Source: Tubiluchus corallicola
Lineage: Eukaryota; Animalia; Priapulida
Length of the DNA stretch: 64,000 bases
NCBI GenBank assembly: GCA_030141605.1
Contig: JAQGDQ010000624.1
Location: forward strand, 61,102 to 125,101
Reading direction: 5' to 3'
Shown here: positions 40,920 to 54,141 of the stretch, in pieces
Position numbering within the stretch: the stretch's first letter is position 1
Layout of the letters: the number at the start of each line of letters is the position of its first letter
Made by a program: the position numbers and the translations under genes
The notes under the pieces: generated by a model
Seen by the model: only the letters and a program-made list of their open reading frames with translations
What the model was told of the DNA's origin: nothing
The model's database searches: none

Positions 40920-41470
40920 TGCCATTAAAATACATGGATAATCATTGAAAAAAGACTTTACAGAGATGATCAATTAGTGTTAATTAATAAAAACTTACAC
41001 TGCTAAAGGGAAATGCGTCAGTGTAATCAAACTACTGTGCAGTAACGAAAAGTAATGACGAATAAAAATAAACGTATTTGCAACTATTCACAAATATTAA
41101 AAATTATGAAATAATTAATATGGCCGTGGATATAGAAGTTCTGAAATAGTATGTATGTTGTCGTAGTGGTGTGATGGTATTTCATATTTGGTTAATATTA
41201 ATGATTTTAACTTCGTTTTAAATGTTGATAGGGACCAGATTTGTTTAACCTGTAATGGGAGAGAATTCCGTAGTAGAATTGCTTGCTTGATTATAGAGTT
41301 GGTTCCGTAGTGGGTATTTGTCCTAATTTATTTAAGATTACTTGTTCAGGAAATGACGACAGGATTTGGAAGAAAGCTAAATCCGTTATTTTGAAATGGT
41401 TTACTGATGTTATTAATGTATTTAAACAGAAGAGCAATTAGTTTTTTGCGGTTTCGGAAAATAACAGCCA
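40920..41470 (-). mobile_element. CR1/L2-group LINE 3'-end remnant
   Basis: Minus-strand RTNTHYGTNSIIKQAILLRNSLPLQVKQIWSLSTF/KTKLK, the typical ORF2 C-terminus (cf. YG..S......WNSLP..IK...S...FK..LK). Confidence 0.7.
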
Positions 41471-41581
41471 AGTCGTCATCGATTGCGCTATTCATATCCT
41501 GATATGACGTCACAAAGCAGTGAAATGAATAGAAATTTTACCTAATGACAACACTTACGATACACAGAGACGACATGTTTT

Positions 41582-41941
41582 AATAAGCATTTCCACAGTT
41601 TTGTTGTGCGCACGCGCAGTTGCTGTAGGTCAAGGATTAAGCCTACCACAGCAGCGCCTCTTAAGTACAACCGTCACGTGACGCGTGGAAAAGGCAAAGC
41701 CGTATACCGCATCAGTTCAGTAACTTCAGTTGTTTTTGCGTGGACTTTTTAGTCTGTACGTAGAGTGATTTACTAGCAGGATCTTGCTTGGGAACAAGAA
41801 AAAATGAACTAGGTAAGGTTCTAGCTAGCTATTAAAAGCTGCAAGGTGTTCTCATGCGTACATAAATGCGTTGTCTGGTACACTTAACTTTTGACCTTTT
41901 CACGATCATCATCAATCGCTGGAACTGTGAAAAGGCTTACT
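41582..41941. mobile_element. TIR element family G (second copy 51224-51613)
   Basis: TIRs aataagcatttccacagtt and aactgtgaaaaggcttact, plus an inner inverted repeat; body homologous to 51224-51613. Confidence 0.8.
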
Positions 41942-42584
41942 AAATAGAAATTTTACCTAATGACAATACCTATAATACACAGAGACGACATGTTTTAGAT
42001 ACTTTCTCACGGACATAAACATAACAAAAGCACTTAGAGTCTACTTCACTAGATTTTGATTCAAAATAATCTAAGGCCGCTATAAAATATTGAAAATGAA
42101 AATGTTGTTTTTTTAAAAAAATAACTTATATTAATGAAGTATTACAGCTGAAGGCCAATTTCTTTAGATTTTCCTTGTTACACGCTCTCAGCGTGCGTAC
42201 TTAGATGGGTGACAACGTCTGCTTTCTGGAAACGTGTCTGCACGAAAATAGACGCGGTACATAATCAGAAGAATAGATCGGAGTTATGACGTCCCTTTAG
42301 TTAGTGCCTTTTAAGATAGATTCCACACTTGAAATTTTGAGATTAACATTTGTTGAGTTTTTAGTGTCTTGCTGTAAACGTCGCGCAGCAGTGCCGTACT
42401 TCAATTTTCACTCTCAAAAATAGATGCAAAATGATCACAGAAGTTTCTGCTAAAAAAAATTTCCCAATTATGCCGTCACCACAAACTGAGCTCACGGTTA
42501 AGTTTCTAAACTGCGATCTAATCATCAGAAACGGCTTGGTAATAACTAAAGATCAGTACAATATATATTATACTGTATATATTA

Positions 42585-42720
42585 CATCATGTTACGTTAC
42601 GTTACGTTACGTTACGTTACATTACATTATATGTGGTCATGTCATCTCATCTCATCTCATCTCATCTCATATCATATCATATCATGTCATATCATATCAT
42701 ATCATATTATATTATATATA
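42585..42720. repeat. Compound pentanucleotide microsatellite (GTTAC)n/(ATCTC)n/(ATATC)n
   Basis: Seen directly. Confidence 0.9.
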
Positions 42721-43088
42721 AGTAAGAATATATATTATAAGCCCATAGGCCAAGATGACGTAGAGTCTGAAAAGTCGTCCTTCTCCCTTAACGGGCCATT
42801 TTTCACGTACCGCTGCCTTCTTTGTTATTCAGTCGTTCGTTAATAAGAACATGACGGAGGCGTCTTTTATTTGCCTAGGGTCAATTTGCAAACTACGTAG
42901 TCGTTATTTTCATGCCACAGAACAACAAGTCACGGGTAGCCGCCATCGATCATACTATTTATACCTCGATACGACGTCACCAGAACACATGCTTTTCCAA
43001 GCCTACGTAATATAAGTATAATGAGGAAGAGATTAACGATGTAGCGTATGACACAACGCCATAGTATTTTGGCTAATCAGAAACTTGC

Positions 43089-43490
43089 TTAAAGAAAAAC
43101 AGGATGCTTTTTCATATCATACCTCATTTTGAAATACGACAACAAGTTTACATTTTAACACCTAAATGCCAAAGCGTTTTTGATGATTAGGTTAAAAATT
43201 CGATTAATGGGGGATTTAAATTTAAAGTTTATTTCTGTGCTCACGCGTGAACTCTCGAAAGTGTTTGCTACGTCACAACTGAGCATCTCTGAACTGGGAA
43301 GTACAGCACCTGTTTTTTGTGCGAAGCGTTTCCGATGTGCAGGAGCTAGTGCACGTCTAACTAGGGAATGGCAAAATGCATGTAGCAGCGAAGAACTATC
43401 CAGCGATGCGAAATTACCATTCTGTGGTAATAATTTTTTTGCGTAAGTCATTCTTGAAAAAAATAGTATGTTTCCCTTCATTTTTTTATA
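43089..43490 (-). mobile_element. MITE family B, truncated copy
   Basis: ttaaagaaaaacaggatg...gtacagcacctgttttttgtgcg...; explains ORFs 43155-43643 and 43180-43446. Confidence 0.8.
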
Positions 43491-43979
43491 GGGTAGAATG
43501 TTTTGAATAATAGTTTTTTGAGATTTGGCCAGGCTTTCCTTTGATTGCGCAGTGGTGATGGGATAATGCAGATTTCTAATGTATCTGTCATGAAAACAAA
43601 CCTCACAGAATAAAAAAACAACTTGATATCTAATATTAAACAAACAATTACATCGTCCAGCTGAAGCAGCAGCAATAAGATGCAGAGATCTGAATAATTT
43701 ATTTTAGGATGTGTGTCAACAATAACCTGGCTATCAATTGATTGTATATTATTGATGATATAATTACAAAATATCAAGCCAACTTTTGATTTGTGATTTC
43801 TCAAATTCAGAATTCAGCCGTATCCACAAGCCGCATTTTGGTTTGAGGCTCGTTCAAATCGCTACTCATCTGTATGCTATTCTTGTTGCTGTTGTTGTTA
43901 CTCTTGTTCAGGGTACCTTTTGAAAAAGGCTCCGTCTGTTTGCCAGGGATAGCCATGAAACTTTATACGTATATACTAG

Positions 43980-44430
43980 ATCGAATTCTCAGCATCAACT
44001 GGCATAGTCGGATTTTGATCTGCCATCTCCACTCTGGTAGCGATAACAGAAAAAACTCTTAAGGTTACAACGGATTCCATATCCATTAGCACTGTTGGAT
44101 TTTCAATCCGCCATTTCAAATTTAAGATGGCGGCGACAACGAAAAAATCTGATGCTGCGCTAATTTGCAACGGGTCGTCACGAAAGTTCGTTTTTGAACT
44201 TTTTAGAACATTTTCTTGTTGTTTTCTCCAAGAAGTATAATAATATAATTGATTTTTTAACAAAAAAATATAAAACGATAAAGGGAATGACGAAAATACT
44301 ATATTTATATATTAATGAACTATACTACAGTATTATTCTATATTCATGGGAACCTATTAGAACGAATTCTGCATTGACTGATGGATTTCGATCTGCCACA
44401 TTGAATTCAAGATGGCGGCTATAACATTAT
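43980..44430 (+). mobile_element. Interspersed repeat with iterated AAGATGGCGGC hairpin units (related copy 53060-53430, opposite strand)
   Basis: ccgccatttcaaatttaagatggcggc near 44108 and a similar unit near 44390; gccgccatcttgaattaaaatggcgg near 53147 and a variant near 53289. Confidence 0.65.
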
Positions 44431-44519
44431 TGGATTTAACATTTTTGAATTATTTAAAGCAGTGCGAATGTTGTATTAGAACGGTTTTACAAGAGACGCT
44501 GTCAGTCTTACATAACTAT

Positions 44520-44800
44520 CTAGCTACCTATATATCTACCTATCCATCAGTCTATTAATCTACTTCACTTAGTATCTACCTACTTATGTACCCACCTACC
44601 TACTTACCTTCGACCCACCTACCTGCCTGCCTACCTGTCTCCCGCCTGCCCACCTACTAGATAGGTAGACAGGCAGGTAGGTAAATAAGTTAATATACTA
44701 GATAGGTAGATATTAACAGGCAAGTGGGCAGGCAAGTAGGTTGACCCACGTAGGCAGGTAGCACTAAATAGGTACGGTAATAGGTAAGTGAGTACACAAG
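44520..44800. repeat. Degenerate (ACCT)n followed by (AGGT)n, an inverted tetranucleotide tract
   Basis: Strand polarity of the repeat flips near 44657. Confidence 0.8.
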
Positions 44801-45129
44801 AAGGTAAGTAAGCCACGCAAAATTGTTCTGCATCACCTGTACAGTATCCCCTGTCCAAATACCCTACTGCCCGAGTGATCTACTACCCAAATATCCACGG
44901 TCCCCAGTGACCTACTGACCAAATGTTTCTCTTCCCAAATGTCTGCTGCCCAAGTGACGCTAGAACCAGAAGTTCATGGAGGGGGAGTAAACTGTTACAA
45001 AAGTTAGCCAACATGTAGCAAAGACAAAGAAAAGCTGGGTACGTTAGGATAAGTTGACTGAAATGAACACTTTTATAAACGGTCTTACCGCTTAGTTATG
45101 ATTACTGGAGCTACGAAGTTCTCAACGAA

Positions 45130-45325
45130 TTACAGCAACAACAAGAACAACAACTTGTCTAATTCAACAACAAGAACAATTTGCCTACTTCAACAACAAG
45201 AACAACTTGCCTACTTCAACAACAAGAACAACTTGTCTACCTCAACAACAAGAACAACAATTTGCCTACCTCAACAACAACAATAATAACCTGTCTACCT
45301 CGACAACAAGAACAACAACTTGTGT
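45130..45325. repeat. 22-28 bp minisatellite (acttgcctacttcaacaacaagaaca variants)
   Basis: About 7 degenerate units seen directly. Confidence 0.85.
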
Positions 45326-45677
45326 ACTTGTGTAGGCGTACTTATGTACTCTGTGCTGCAACCAAAAACCGGAAAAATTGAGGTTTATTTACCGTTTTTG
45401 CCGAATTACAGTAAGGTACAACAGAATACTATCACGTTTAATGAAAAACTACATTTATGACCAAATGGCCAAAATGCCAAAAAATTCATATTCAAAAATG
45501 AGCAGAATATTAGCAGATGCTCATCAGATCAATGACATTTTACAATAACCTCTGAACAGCAAACTAACTTTACACACAAGGAAGAAATAGTTTACAAAAT
45601 ACTTTATCGTAAATAGTTTACAAGTTTTATTTTATTGTTTATTTTTCAGTAAACTAATTTTTAGCATGCAGACTTAC

Positions 45678-45901
45678 AGATTCTCCGTTGACGTAGGATA
45701 AACCGTGCAGTAGTTACACGTGCTGTTCGTGCTTTCAATAACCACCGTCGGAACGCTGAGTCGCCTTGCCGCGTTCCGCTTCGGCGCTTTGAACGCGCGA
45801 CGAACGCGCAACAGTAGAACGACCACTTTGTAGAACGAGTATGAACCCATGACGGATGAACGCTTTTCCATACGCAGACGACGCTTGAACGTCGCATCCA
45901 T
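45678..45901 (-). CDS. First coding exon of an uncharacterised minus-strand gene (MDATFKRRLRMEKRSSVMGSYSFYKVVVLLLRVRRAFKAPKRNAARRLSVPTVVIESTNSTCNYCTVYPTSTEN-L)
   Basis: ATG-initiated and CpG-rich, 224 nt. The ORF-track stop codon lies inside a consensus donor CT|gtaagt; phase 2 exit matches downstream exons. Confidence 0.65.
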
Positions 45902-46499
45902 GAAACAGGTTCAAATTTCCACCCAAGCACGTCTTAAGAAAAACTCTAAGGATCCAATAATGCAAGAAGCCAATGTTTTAGTACGCTTATAGAAATCGCT
46001 CCTCTTTTGTATACTTTAAGAAGATTCAAAGTTAAGAATATAAAACGAAGTCAGGTTAAGTCAGATTAAATTAGATTTACAAGATGTTAAAAGACGTTGA
46101 AGGAAAAAGTCTCTGGTTCAGCACTGCATTTAGAGATATCGTCCAATGTATGTGATACTTAAAAACACGTGACGGACTCGCGAGACATTTGTTTTGCTCA
46201 AAGTTTATTGGTCTTCGAAGATGCTAAAAAACGTGTAGTAACTGTAGTTTACCAACTCTGAAAAACAGAAGGCTGGTACACGATAGAATATAAATGTCTA
46301 TACAAAAAAAGTTCTCATGCACTGTAAAGTACTCTAAAAGGATTAGTACATGAAGATGTGGTACTTAGAGAAAACCGTTCTGGGTACTAGAAAATGCACC
46401 CATAAAATATAGCGCCACTACAATACCACGTGCTGAAAAGTTCAGCTGGACACACTGCAAAATTTTAAAAACAGGAATGATAAAAATAACTCCTTTTAT

Positions 46500-47010
46500 A
46501 TAATTTCGTGCTTTGCAAACTGACTGCTGTTTTAACAGGAATCACTCGCCGTGTAACGCCGTGTAACAGGATATTAACTCCTTCAAATCCTCTTTTAATC
46601 ATTTCGTTGCGCGTTAAAACAAAACTAATTCTCGCAGACCGGATGTTTCACTCTGATTTCCTCATATTTCAACATCTTACCGGAACTTGTACCTGGTGGG
46701 TAAGAGTTGACAGTACTTCACCGGTAATTGCTAGATGGTAAACATAATAATCATATCCGTCAGTGAAAAGCAATCAGAGCGCCGTCCCACACCTGAGAAA
46801 ACCCGTGCAGTTACGTCAGGTAAAAATAGTAATTAATTTCATAACGCGAAGCCAACGAATCGGTTGCCGAAGCGATGAAGCTTTAGGATGAATTATCTTT
46901 ATTATCAGCCACGCATGCCGCTGGCTCGTTATACTGGCGACGTACAGCGCATGCGCACACACTGGCGAAAATTTCGAACGAAAATTGATGATTGTAAATC
47001 TCGGTGTGCA
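46500..47010. promoter_or_regulatory. Candidate CpG-enriched promoter / 5' non-coding exon region
   Basis: Raised CpG, NRF1-like gcgcatgcgc near 46947, a minus-strand donor CCG|gtaaga at 46680, and position 0.6-1.1 kb upstream of the ATG at 45901. Confidence 0.35.
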
Positions 47011-47450
47011 AATTACGGAATAATCTTATTTCTGAGTCAGTCCAGAATTTAAATGCATTGAAAAGGGGTGCGTAGATTCACTCCCACAAACACCCAAAAA
47101 AATCAACTGACATTTTGATTTACACGTACTTATTTAATAAGACTTTATGATAAACATATTATAACGCCATCTACAAAAGAGGTTACGATAATAAGAGCGA
47201 AAACTGTTATTTGGGGATTCCAGTTTCTCCCAATTTATAAGAAGTTTTTTTAGCTAATTTCTCCCAATTTATAGATGTTTTTTATCTCATACAATGTCAT
47301 ATTGTTACGATTTTTAAACTCAAAACGAAGTGGTAAAAATCTTGTAATTTTGCCTCTTTCTTTCCATATTTAGTGCTCAGTGTCTGAGATTTGGTGGTCA
47401 GGGAGTTTTTTCAAAGTTTATTTGCACAACAACATTTCAAACAAAATATA

Positions 47451-48012
47451 TGAAGGAAAGAACTCAATATGTTGTGTTTATTTTACTGTTATCACTTAAA
47501 CTTAGAAAAATATTACAAAGAAATTTGCAAAGAACTGCCTATAAAGCATAAATTTAAGTTATACTACCTCTGAATAGAAATTTTCAGGCGTAGTGGTTGC
47601 CGCCATTCACTTGAAAACTATGACGTAACTGGCAGACTTCGTAACTTTTCGTAAGCGCATCGTGGCTTTCCGTAAGCACGAGCTGCTTAAACTAATTCAA
47701 CCTTCTGCAGCTTATCTAATGTTTACGCAAAAATATTACAAGATTAGCCATCTAATTTTTTTGTAAAAACTCGTTATACCTTTGATGAAGATTGACAGTG
47801 CGCTACTTTTCTTCGAGACGAACGACGTCATTGGAAGAAGAATGGGCATTGAAAATAGGAGCGCTCAAGCATGAAGTGACCGCGACTTTAAAGTGATGTT
47901 ACTAGTTACACGAGGCGCTTATTGCGGTTCTATTACCAAATCCTCTGACATTTTGTCGCGAACATTAAAACAATCCTAACAATACTTCTAGAAGGCTTGG
48001 CTTTTCTTTTAA
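47451..48012 (-). mobile_element. MITE family A, near full-length copy
   Basis: Reverse-orientation homology; ends gaaggcttggcttttctt-TTAA. Confidence 0.85.
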
Positions 48013-48324
48013 CGGATTTTAACAAACTTTACACCTGTAGCTAACGGATAAAAAGCTACTTGGACATATAAGAAGCCAAATGATTATGCAAAGCACTAAA
48101 ATATTCATTTTTTAAACTTTTTCTGTGGATAACTTTGCAACCAACTTAATGGATTCTGCAAATTCTGATACTGAAAGTTCAATGATAAACGACGTAAAGT
48201 TGAACAAGAAACGAGCAATCAAGCCATGGCCAGCAATCGATAATTGACGAAAACCACCAAAAATGACAAATGTTGTAGCGCCAAACTACAGTAACCGTCA
48301 CTTGTCAGCCACATCCTGAGTATT

Positions 48325-49070
48325 TAACAGTTATGTGCAGCCAAATCCTGAGTATTGCTTCACTATCTGGGGCAACTGTGACCAACAAACATTACTGAGA
48401 TCTTTCAGGATCCAAAAAAGAGGCTTGCGGCTCACTTGACCGAAGCACGGAAACGCCCACGAGTGATTTGCTAGCCACACTCAAATTGATTCATTTAACT
48501 GGCAGAATTAAATATCACATGGTTTGATGATGTATAAAATTTTGAATGATCATGCGCCTGATTACCTGAAAGAATCGTTTACATATGTTTCACAGCAGGA
48601 TCATACGAGCAGTTGAATCTCACACTCTACTTACCAAAACCAAAGATAGAAAGTTCAACTGTGGAACTCTTTACCACTAAAAGTGACAGACGCCAATAGC
48701 TTCAATACTTTTAAGTCACGATTTTAAAAAATTGTTATTAGAAACTCCTAGCCAGTAAACTAATATAAACATGTTTTCTTTTTATCTCTTACTGCAGATG
48801 TTTTACTAAAGCGTACTGATTGTGTTTATCTTTGTTTATATTGTGTATAAAGTGTATATTTTGTTTTATCCATTCTGTATAAATTGTGATATTTAAATTA
48901 TTTTTAAACTGCGTAACTGGGTAATTTCTAAATTAGATTTTATGTGTGAGTATTTTTAATGCTTCCAGTGTGCAACATTTCTGTAATGTTTTTGCCTTTA
49001 TTTTAGTTTGCGGACCACTTCGGAAACAGTTTATGTTGTTGGTTAAAGTGTTATCCACGTTAAATAAAGA

Positions 49071-49119
<49 letters not shown>
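48325..49119 (+). mobile_element. CR1/L2-group LINE 3'-end remnant with (TAA)n tail
   Basis: Motifs EYCFTIWGNC, IQKRGLR, MYKILNDHAPDYL, YLPKPK and LWNSLP..V..ANSFNTFK; T-rich 3' UTR, aataaa, then (aat)n at 49072-49119. Confidence 0.85.
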
Positions 49120-49122
<3 letters not shown>

Positions 49123-49123
<1 letters not shown>

Positions 49124-49378
49124 GTGTGGGCTACGAATGCCCTGATGATTTTTTTCCAACTTTACTCAGTGCTATCTAAACTTCCTTCAAATGACTTATC
49201 GTCAAAATGGCTGCATTCTAACGGTTATCGCTTATTGCGGGAGTTTAAATTTACATGTTTTATACAGTGATACTGCCGACGCAAGCCCTGCATGCAAAAG
49301 GCAAAATGTAAGTGATATCGAATTTCAAGATGAATATTTTTATGCTTTATGTAAGTGGAAGGTTTTCTTGTGCTTTAA
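49123..49378 (+). mobile_element. MITE family C right half
   Basis: Homologous to 22909-23147; cut on the left by the LINE tail. Confidence 0.72.
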
Positions 49379-50445
49379 GTGCTTGCACACAAACTAATTA
49401 GGCTATAAATATAAAATAATCCTCAAAATATTGGGACGTATAGGCGTCTATTTCTACCTATAACCATAGAGTTATGTTTGAGCCTGGCTTGTGACAGAGA
49501 AACCTCTTCTCCTAGTGTTTTGCTGACACAATCCTTTCTAGTTTCCAGTGAAACATAACACGCAATAATAACAGGCATGTTATGGGACCCATAGGGGTAA
49601 AAGATAATGAAAATCAACACTGTCTAATGTATTAACGCGTCTGGTACGGTTTACGATGAAACAACCCACAAAAATTTCCTCCCCAAAGATTTACACTTCT
49701 GTTAAATATAGCAATACTGATAAAGTAAATAAGTTAAAATCCCAGGCAAACCAAAAAATCGAATATAAGTAAAAAGTAACTCTGCAACATTGCAAATGAT
49801 CGATTTAAATTTCAACTGACCGGAAAACATGCTGGTTTATTTACAAGCGCAGTGCACTGTGGGATTTGTGATGTCAACGTCCTTCTAACGGCTCCAATAA
49901 AACTTGAGCTTAGCGTGAAAATGCTTCATGAGCAAAAAATAGAATCAAAACCAGAAACAAGTTCTGTTGCGCCAAAAACGCTGATTGCCGTATTAAATTC
50001 GATGCAACGATCGTAAATATTAAACAACAGACACTCGGATTTCTAGCTCTGACGTCATGGGGTTTTGGTCACGTGACAACGTAGCTGGGCAAACGACCTA
50101 ACAGAGTAAACGTTTGAAATTGCATTACATGTTTACTATACCATCCAAAAGGGTGAATCGAAAGAAAATCCACTTATGTCGTACGTGTTCGAGGCGCATA
50201 AGAAGTGCTGAACAAGATTTTGATTCCATGCTGTCGTAACAGATGACAGAAAAATCTTTGTCAAATATCACATAGCAGTAATATTGAATTATAGTAGCAT
50301 AGTTTTTATAAGTATGACACTATAGCAGACAGTCAAAATGTTATCAGAAACGCATGCTGATGTGCTAAGGCAGCTGAGCGGTGTAGTAACATGACAGCAT
50401 TAATACTTTCGAACTATGACAGACAGACATCCAGATTTTATAAAC

Positions 50446-51020
50446 TTAGTGGAAAACCGGACCCAATCTTAAACTGAAGGTCAAAACAATCTACTTCTAA
50501 AAATATTGAAATGGAACATACTATTCTTTCAAAAATAACTTAAATGAAAAATTACTACCAAGCAAAAACAATTTTTCGTTTGCCCCGTTCCCTGTTGCCT
50601 GCATTTTCCCATTCGCTAGTCAGACGGTCACTAGCGCCTGCATTTCGAAAACGTGTTGCACAAAAAACAGGTGCTGTACCTCTCAGTCCAGAGGTGCTCC
50701 TTTGTGATGTACTGTACACGTTCGACAGTTTATGCTTGAGCACAGTGGTAAATATGAAATTTGATTTTTATCTTAAAGCTTGCCTAGTTTCACTGAATCT
50801 CTTACAGTAATGCTATACTTCATTTTCGGTTTTGCAAACATGTGCAACGTTTTTGCAGTTAAAATTGTGTTCGTTTGTGATGTCATCAATAGTTTGGCTC
50901 GTCCGCCATTAATTAAGATATTTATTTATTATTTAATTGTCAGAAATGCCTTTGCAGTATTATTGGTGCTAAAATATATGCTTTTTACCGTATACGAAAA
51001 ATCATCCTGTCATCCTTTAA
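50446..51020 (+). mobile_element. MITE family B copy
   Basis: ggaaaaccggacccaatcttaaact...catcctgtcatcct-TTAA. Confidence 0.85.
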
Positions 51021-51223
51021 GAACAGACGAACAATCTTAACAATATAGTTGTAATGCTGAAATACGTAAATCTGTATTAAGAATAGATTGAAGCCTAGAC
51101 AGGAAGAATTAAACTCACGCGAACTTATGTATTGATTAGTATTTATTTTTAATCAAGTTCTTACTCCTTTGGATGTACAGCATACATATCTTTGTATACT
51201 TTATTGATACGCAATTTCTTTGA

Positions 51224-51613
51224 AATACGCTCTTTCACAGTTTCGTTGTAGCACGTGCAGCTGATGTAGGCCAAAGGTTAAGTGTACCACAGCAACGTGT
51301 CTTAACTACAACCGTCACGTGACGAGTGGGTAAAGCAAAGCAGTCTGCCGCATCTGTTCAGTAACGCCAGTTGTTTTACGTGGACTTTACTTACTTGTGC
51401 ATTAGTTTGTGTGTAGTGATTCACTAGCAGGACCTTGCTTAGGAACAAGAAAAAATGAGCAAGACAAGGTTCTAGCTGGCTGTTAAAACTGTTACTATTA
51501 CAACAGCATGGCTGCGAGTCATTGTCAAGTGTACTCAAATGTGTTGTCTGGTACGCTTAACCTTTGAATTTTTCACGATCATCATCAATCGCTGGACTGT
51601 GAAAAGGCTTACT
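51224..51613. mobile_element. TIR element family G copy
   Basis: Homologous to 41582-41941. Confidence 0.8.
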
Positions 51614-52122
51614 GTGTTAATGTTTTATATAACATCAGATAGCCTGTACGGCTATTTATGCCAATAACAATAATAATGAAAAAAACCTGTTGGATAACGG
51701 TGATGGCGCAACCATGGCGATCATGATCATAACGATGACGACTGCTTCTTATTGCAATTAGCGTACAAACTCTAACCTAATGCTGCCCTACACTTGTCAT
51801 TGACTGATATCAAAAACAGCGTACTAAAAATATTTCTTGTAAGCAGGGTCGCCTTCATAGCAAATGCTCTAAAAATACACGCGGATAGTCAATATCAACA
51901 CCTATTTAACGGCACAATAAAGGACCTTATATTGCCTTTCATAACGGGAAACGTTAGTGCGTCATACTGAGTTAACCACGGACCTCCGGCTTTGATAATG
52001 AGCCACGGATGAAATATCAAAAACTCACCACAGCTAATATCCTCACTGAACCTAATATCTTGTAGAACGAAGGTTGGCTGAAACAGCCGTCAATAGTTTC
52101 TTAATTGGCCAAGGCAAAGTGA

Positions 52123-52403
52123 TTAAAGGAAAGAACGAGTCACTCAGTACGTTGGGTTTATTTTACTGTTATCACTTAAACTTAGAAAAATATAACAAAG
52201 AAATTTGCAAAGAGTTGTCTATAAAGCATAAATTAAAAACATACTATCTCTAACGGACATTTTCAGGCGTGCTGGCTGCCGTTATTCACTTGAACGTCAT
52301 GACGTAACTGGGAGACTTCGTAAGTTTTCGTAAGCGCATGGTGCCTTTCCAAAAGCGCGCACTGCTTAAACTAATTTAAATTTCTGAGCATACCTAACGT
52401 TAA
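52123..52403 (-). mobile_element. MITE family A, truncated copy
   Basis: ttaaaggaaagaacgagtc...ttattttactgttatcacttaaac...; homology stops near 52403. Confidence 0.82.
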
Positions 52404-52544
52404 TGATGGTGATGGAGGAGGCGGAGGAGGAAGAAGATGAAGAACGACAAGAGGAGGAGAAAGGGGATGTTCATTACGACAAAGACAGTGCCGACAATAA
52501 ATATGATAACCAAAGATTAGCAAACTGATGACAGAAATCGAAGG

Positions 52545-52679
52545 TGCAACAGGCGAGTGCCAGACGACCACATTCTTTGCCTCTGAATACATTACCGGCT
52601 TCTTCACGAACCTGTCATATTTGCACGTGCCCGTGGATTTGTACGTGCTGGGCATGTATCCGTCCACGCAGGACTTCAT
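52545..52679 (-). pseudogene. Possible decayed C-type lectin domain N-terminal fragment
   Basis: SCVDGY...TCKYDRFVKKPVMYSEAKNV, then GRLAL in a shifted frame (cf. CxxG[WY]...CYxF......[WY]xEAxxxC...GxLA); strong third-position GC bias. Confidence 0.35.
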
Positions 52680-53601
52680 AAAAGACGTAAATGGCTAATA
52701 GCAAGAAAAAAGAAAATCAGGTTAATTACGGCACGCCAGTATCTTTCCTCAACTGCGCAGCACAATTGCTTTCAATGCCACCCCAAATACATGTGTTTGC
52801 CAATTAGCGTATTAAAGGGTTTCCTAGCATAGCTGCAAGACTGCATGTCATTACGTCATTTACAGGGCTTCAGCAAACAGCCGACGACGATCTTAATGAT
52901 GCGGTCGATACAAAACTGAACGCATGTTTACACCTACTAAACGATGAGCTTCTTGGTGACTGCCTCATGCGGTTCTGGCAGCCCACATCTGAACTGATTT
53001 TTGTTCATTAAGCAACGCAAGATCTGGAAAGCACTTGGATGAACGAGTACAAATACGGAATTCGCTCTATTAAATTCTATTAAAGCTTTATGACAATCCA
53101 TTGCGAACTGGCAGAGCCTTGGGCTTCTTTCGAAAATAATGTTTTGGCCGCCATCTTGAATTAAAATGGCGGATCGCAAAACCGACTCTGCAGATCGACG
53201 GAAAGTTCGTTCAAGTATATTCCTGTGAAGTTTCGTGATGATCCATTGCGAATTGGTGGAGCTTTAAAGTTTTTTAGAAAATGTCATCGCCGCCATCTTG
53301 TTCTAGAAATGGCGTGCCGAAGCGCCGACTCCCTCAGTCGATTCGGAATTTGATTTAATATGTTCAACTGACGTTTCATAACAATCCATTACGAATTCAC
53401 GGAGCCTTGAGCTTTTTTCAAATGGCCATCCCCGCAAGAAGAATCACATCTTGATGAGTAGCGATTTAGGTCGTTCTCTCGAGCAAAAAAAGGACAACAC
53501 AACTTGGGTGAAATGAGAATCTTGTAGTAATAAAGGGGGTGCTGACACCACATCAGTCGATAAGCTCAAAAATCCGTTATATATAAGCACACTAAGAATC
53601 C

Positions 53602-54141
53602 TTAAAGGAAAAAAGAAGTCACTCGGTATGTAGGGTTTGTTTTACTGTTATCACTTAAGCTTAGAAACATATAACAAAGAAATTTGTGCAAAACCTGTTC
53701 ACAAAGCATAAATTTTGAATATATTGCCTCTGAATGGAAATTTTCAGGCGTGGTGGTTGCCGTCATTTACTTTAATTATGACGTAACTAGAAGACTCCGT
53801 AAGCGCGAGCTGTTAAACTAATTAAAATTTCTGCAGTTTACCTAATGTTAACGCAAAAATGTTACAAAATCATCTATCTAATTTCATTTTGTAAAAAATT
53901 TATTGTTACGCTTGTGGTGAAGATTGACAGTGCCCTACTTTTCTTCAAGACGAATGACGTCATTGGAAGAAGATTTGGCATTGAAAATTGGTGCGTCCAA
54001 GCATGAAATGATCACGACTTCAAAGTGATTTTATTAATCTACACGAGGTGCTTATTACAGTTTTATTACTAAATCCTTTTAACGTTTTTCGCGAACAATG
54101 AAATAAGCCTAACCTCCTAGAAGGCTTGTCCTTTCCTTTAA
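53602..54141 (-). mobile_element. MITE family A, full-length copy
   Basis: TTAA-AGGAAA...TTTCCT-TTAA at both ends. Confidence 0.88.

Noticed and set aside
43155-43643. Recurrent peptide TAPVFCAxRFRNAG / QKTGAV suggesting a gene family (also 22044, 35696, 50544)
   Set aside because: All lie within MITE family B copies; frames and lengths are inconsistent and there are no transposase motifs.
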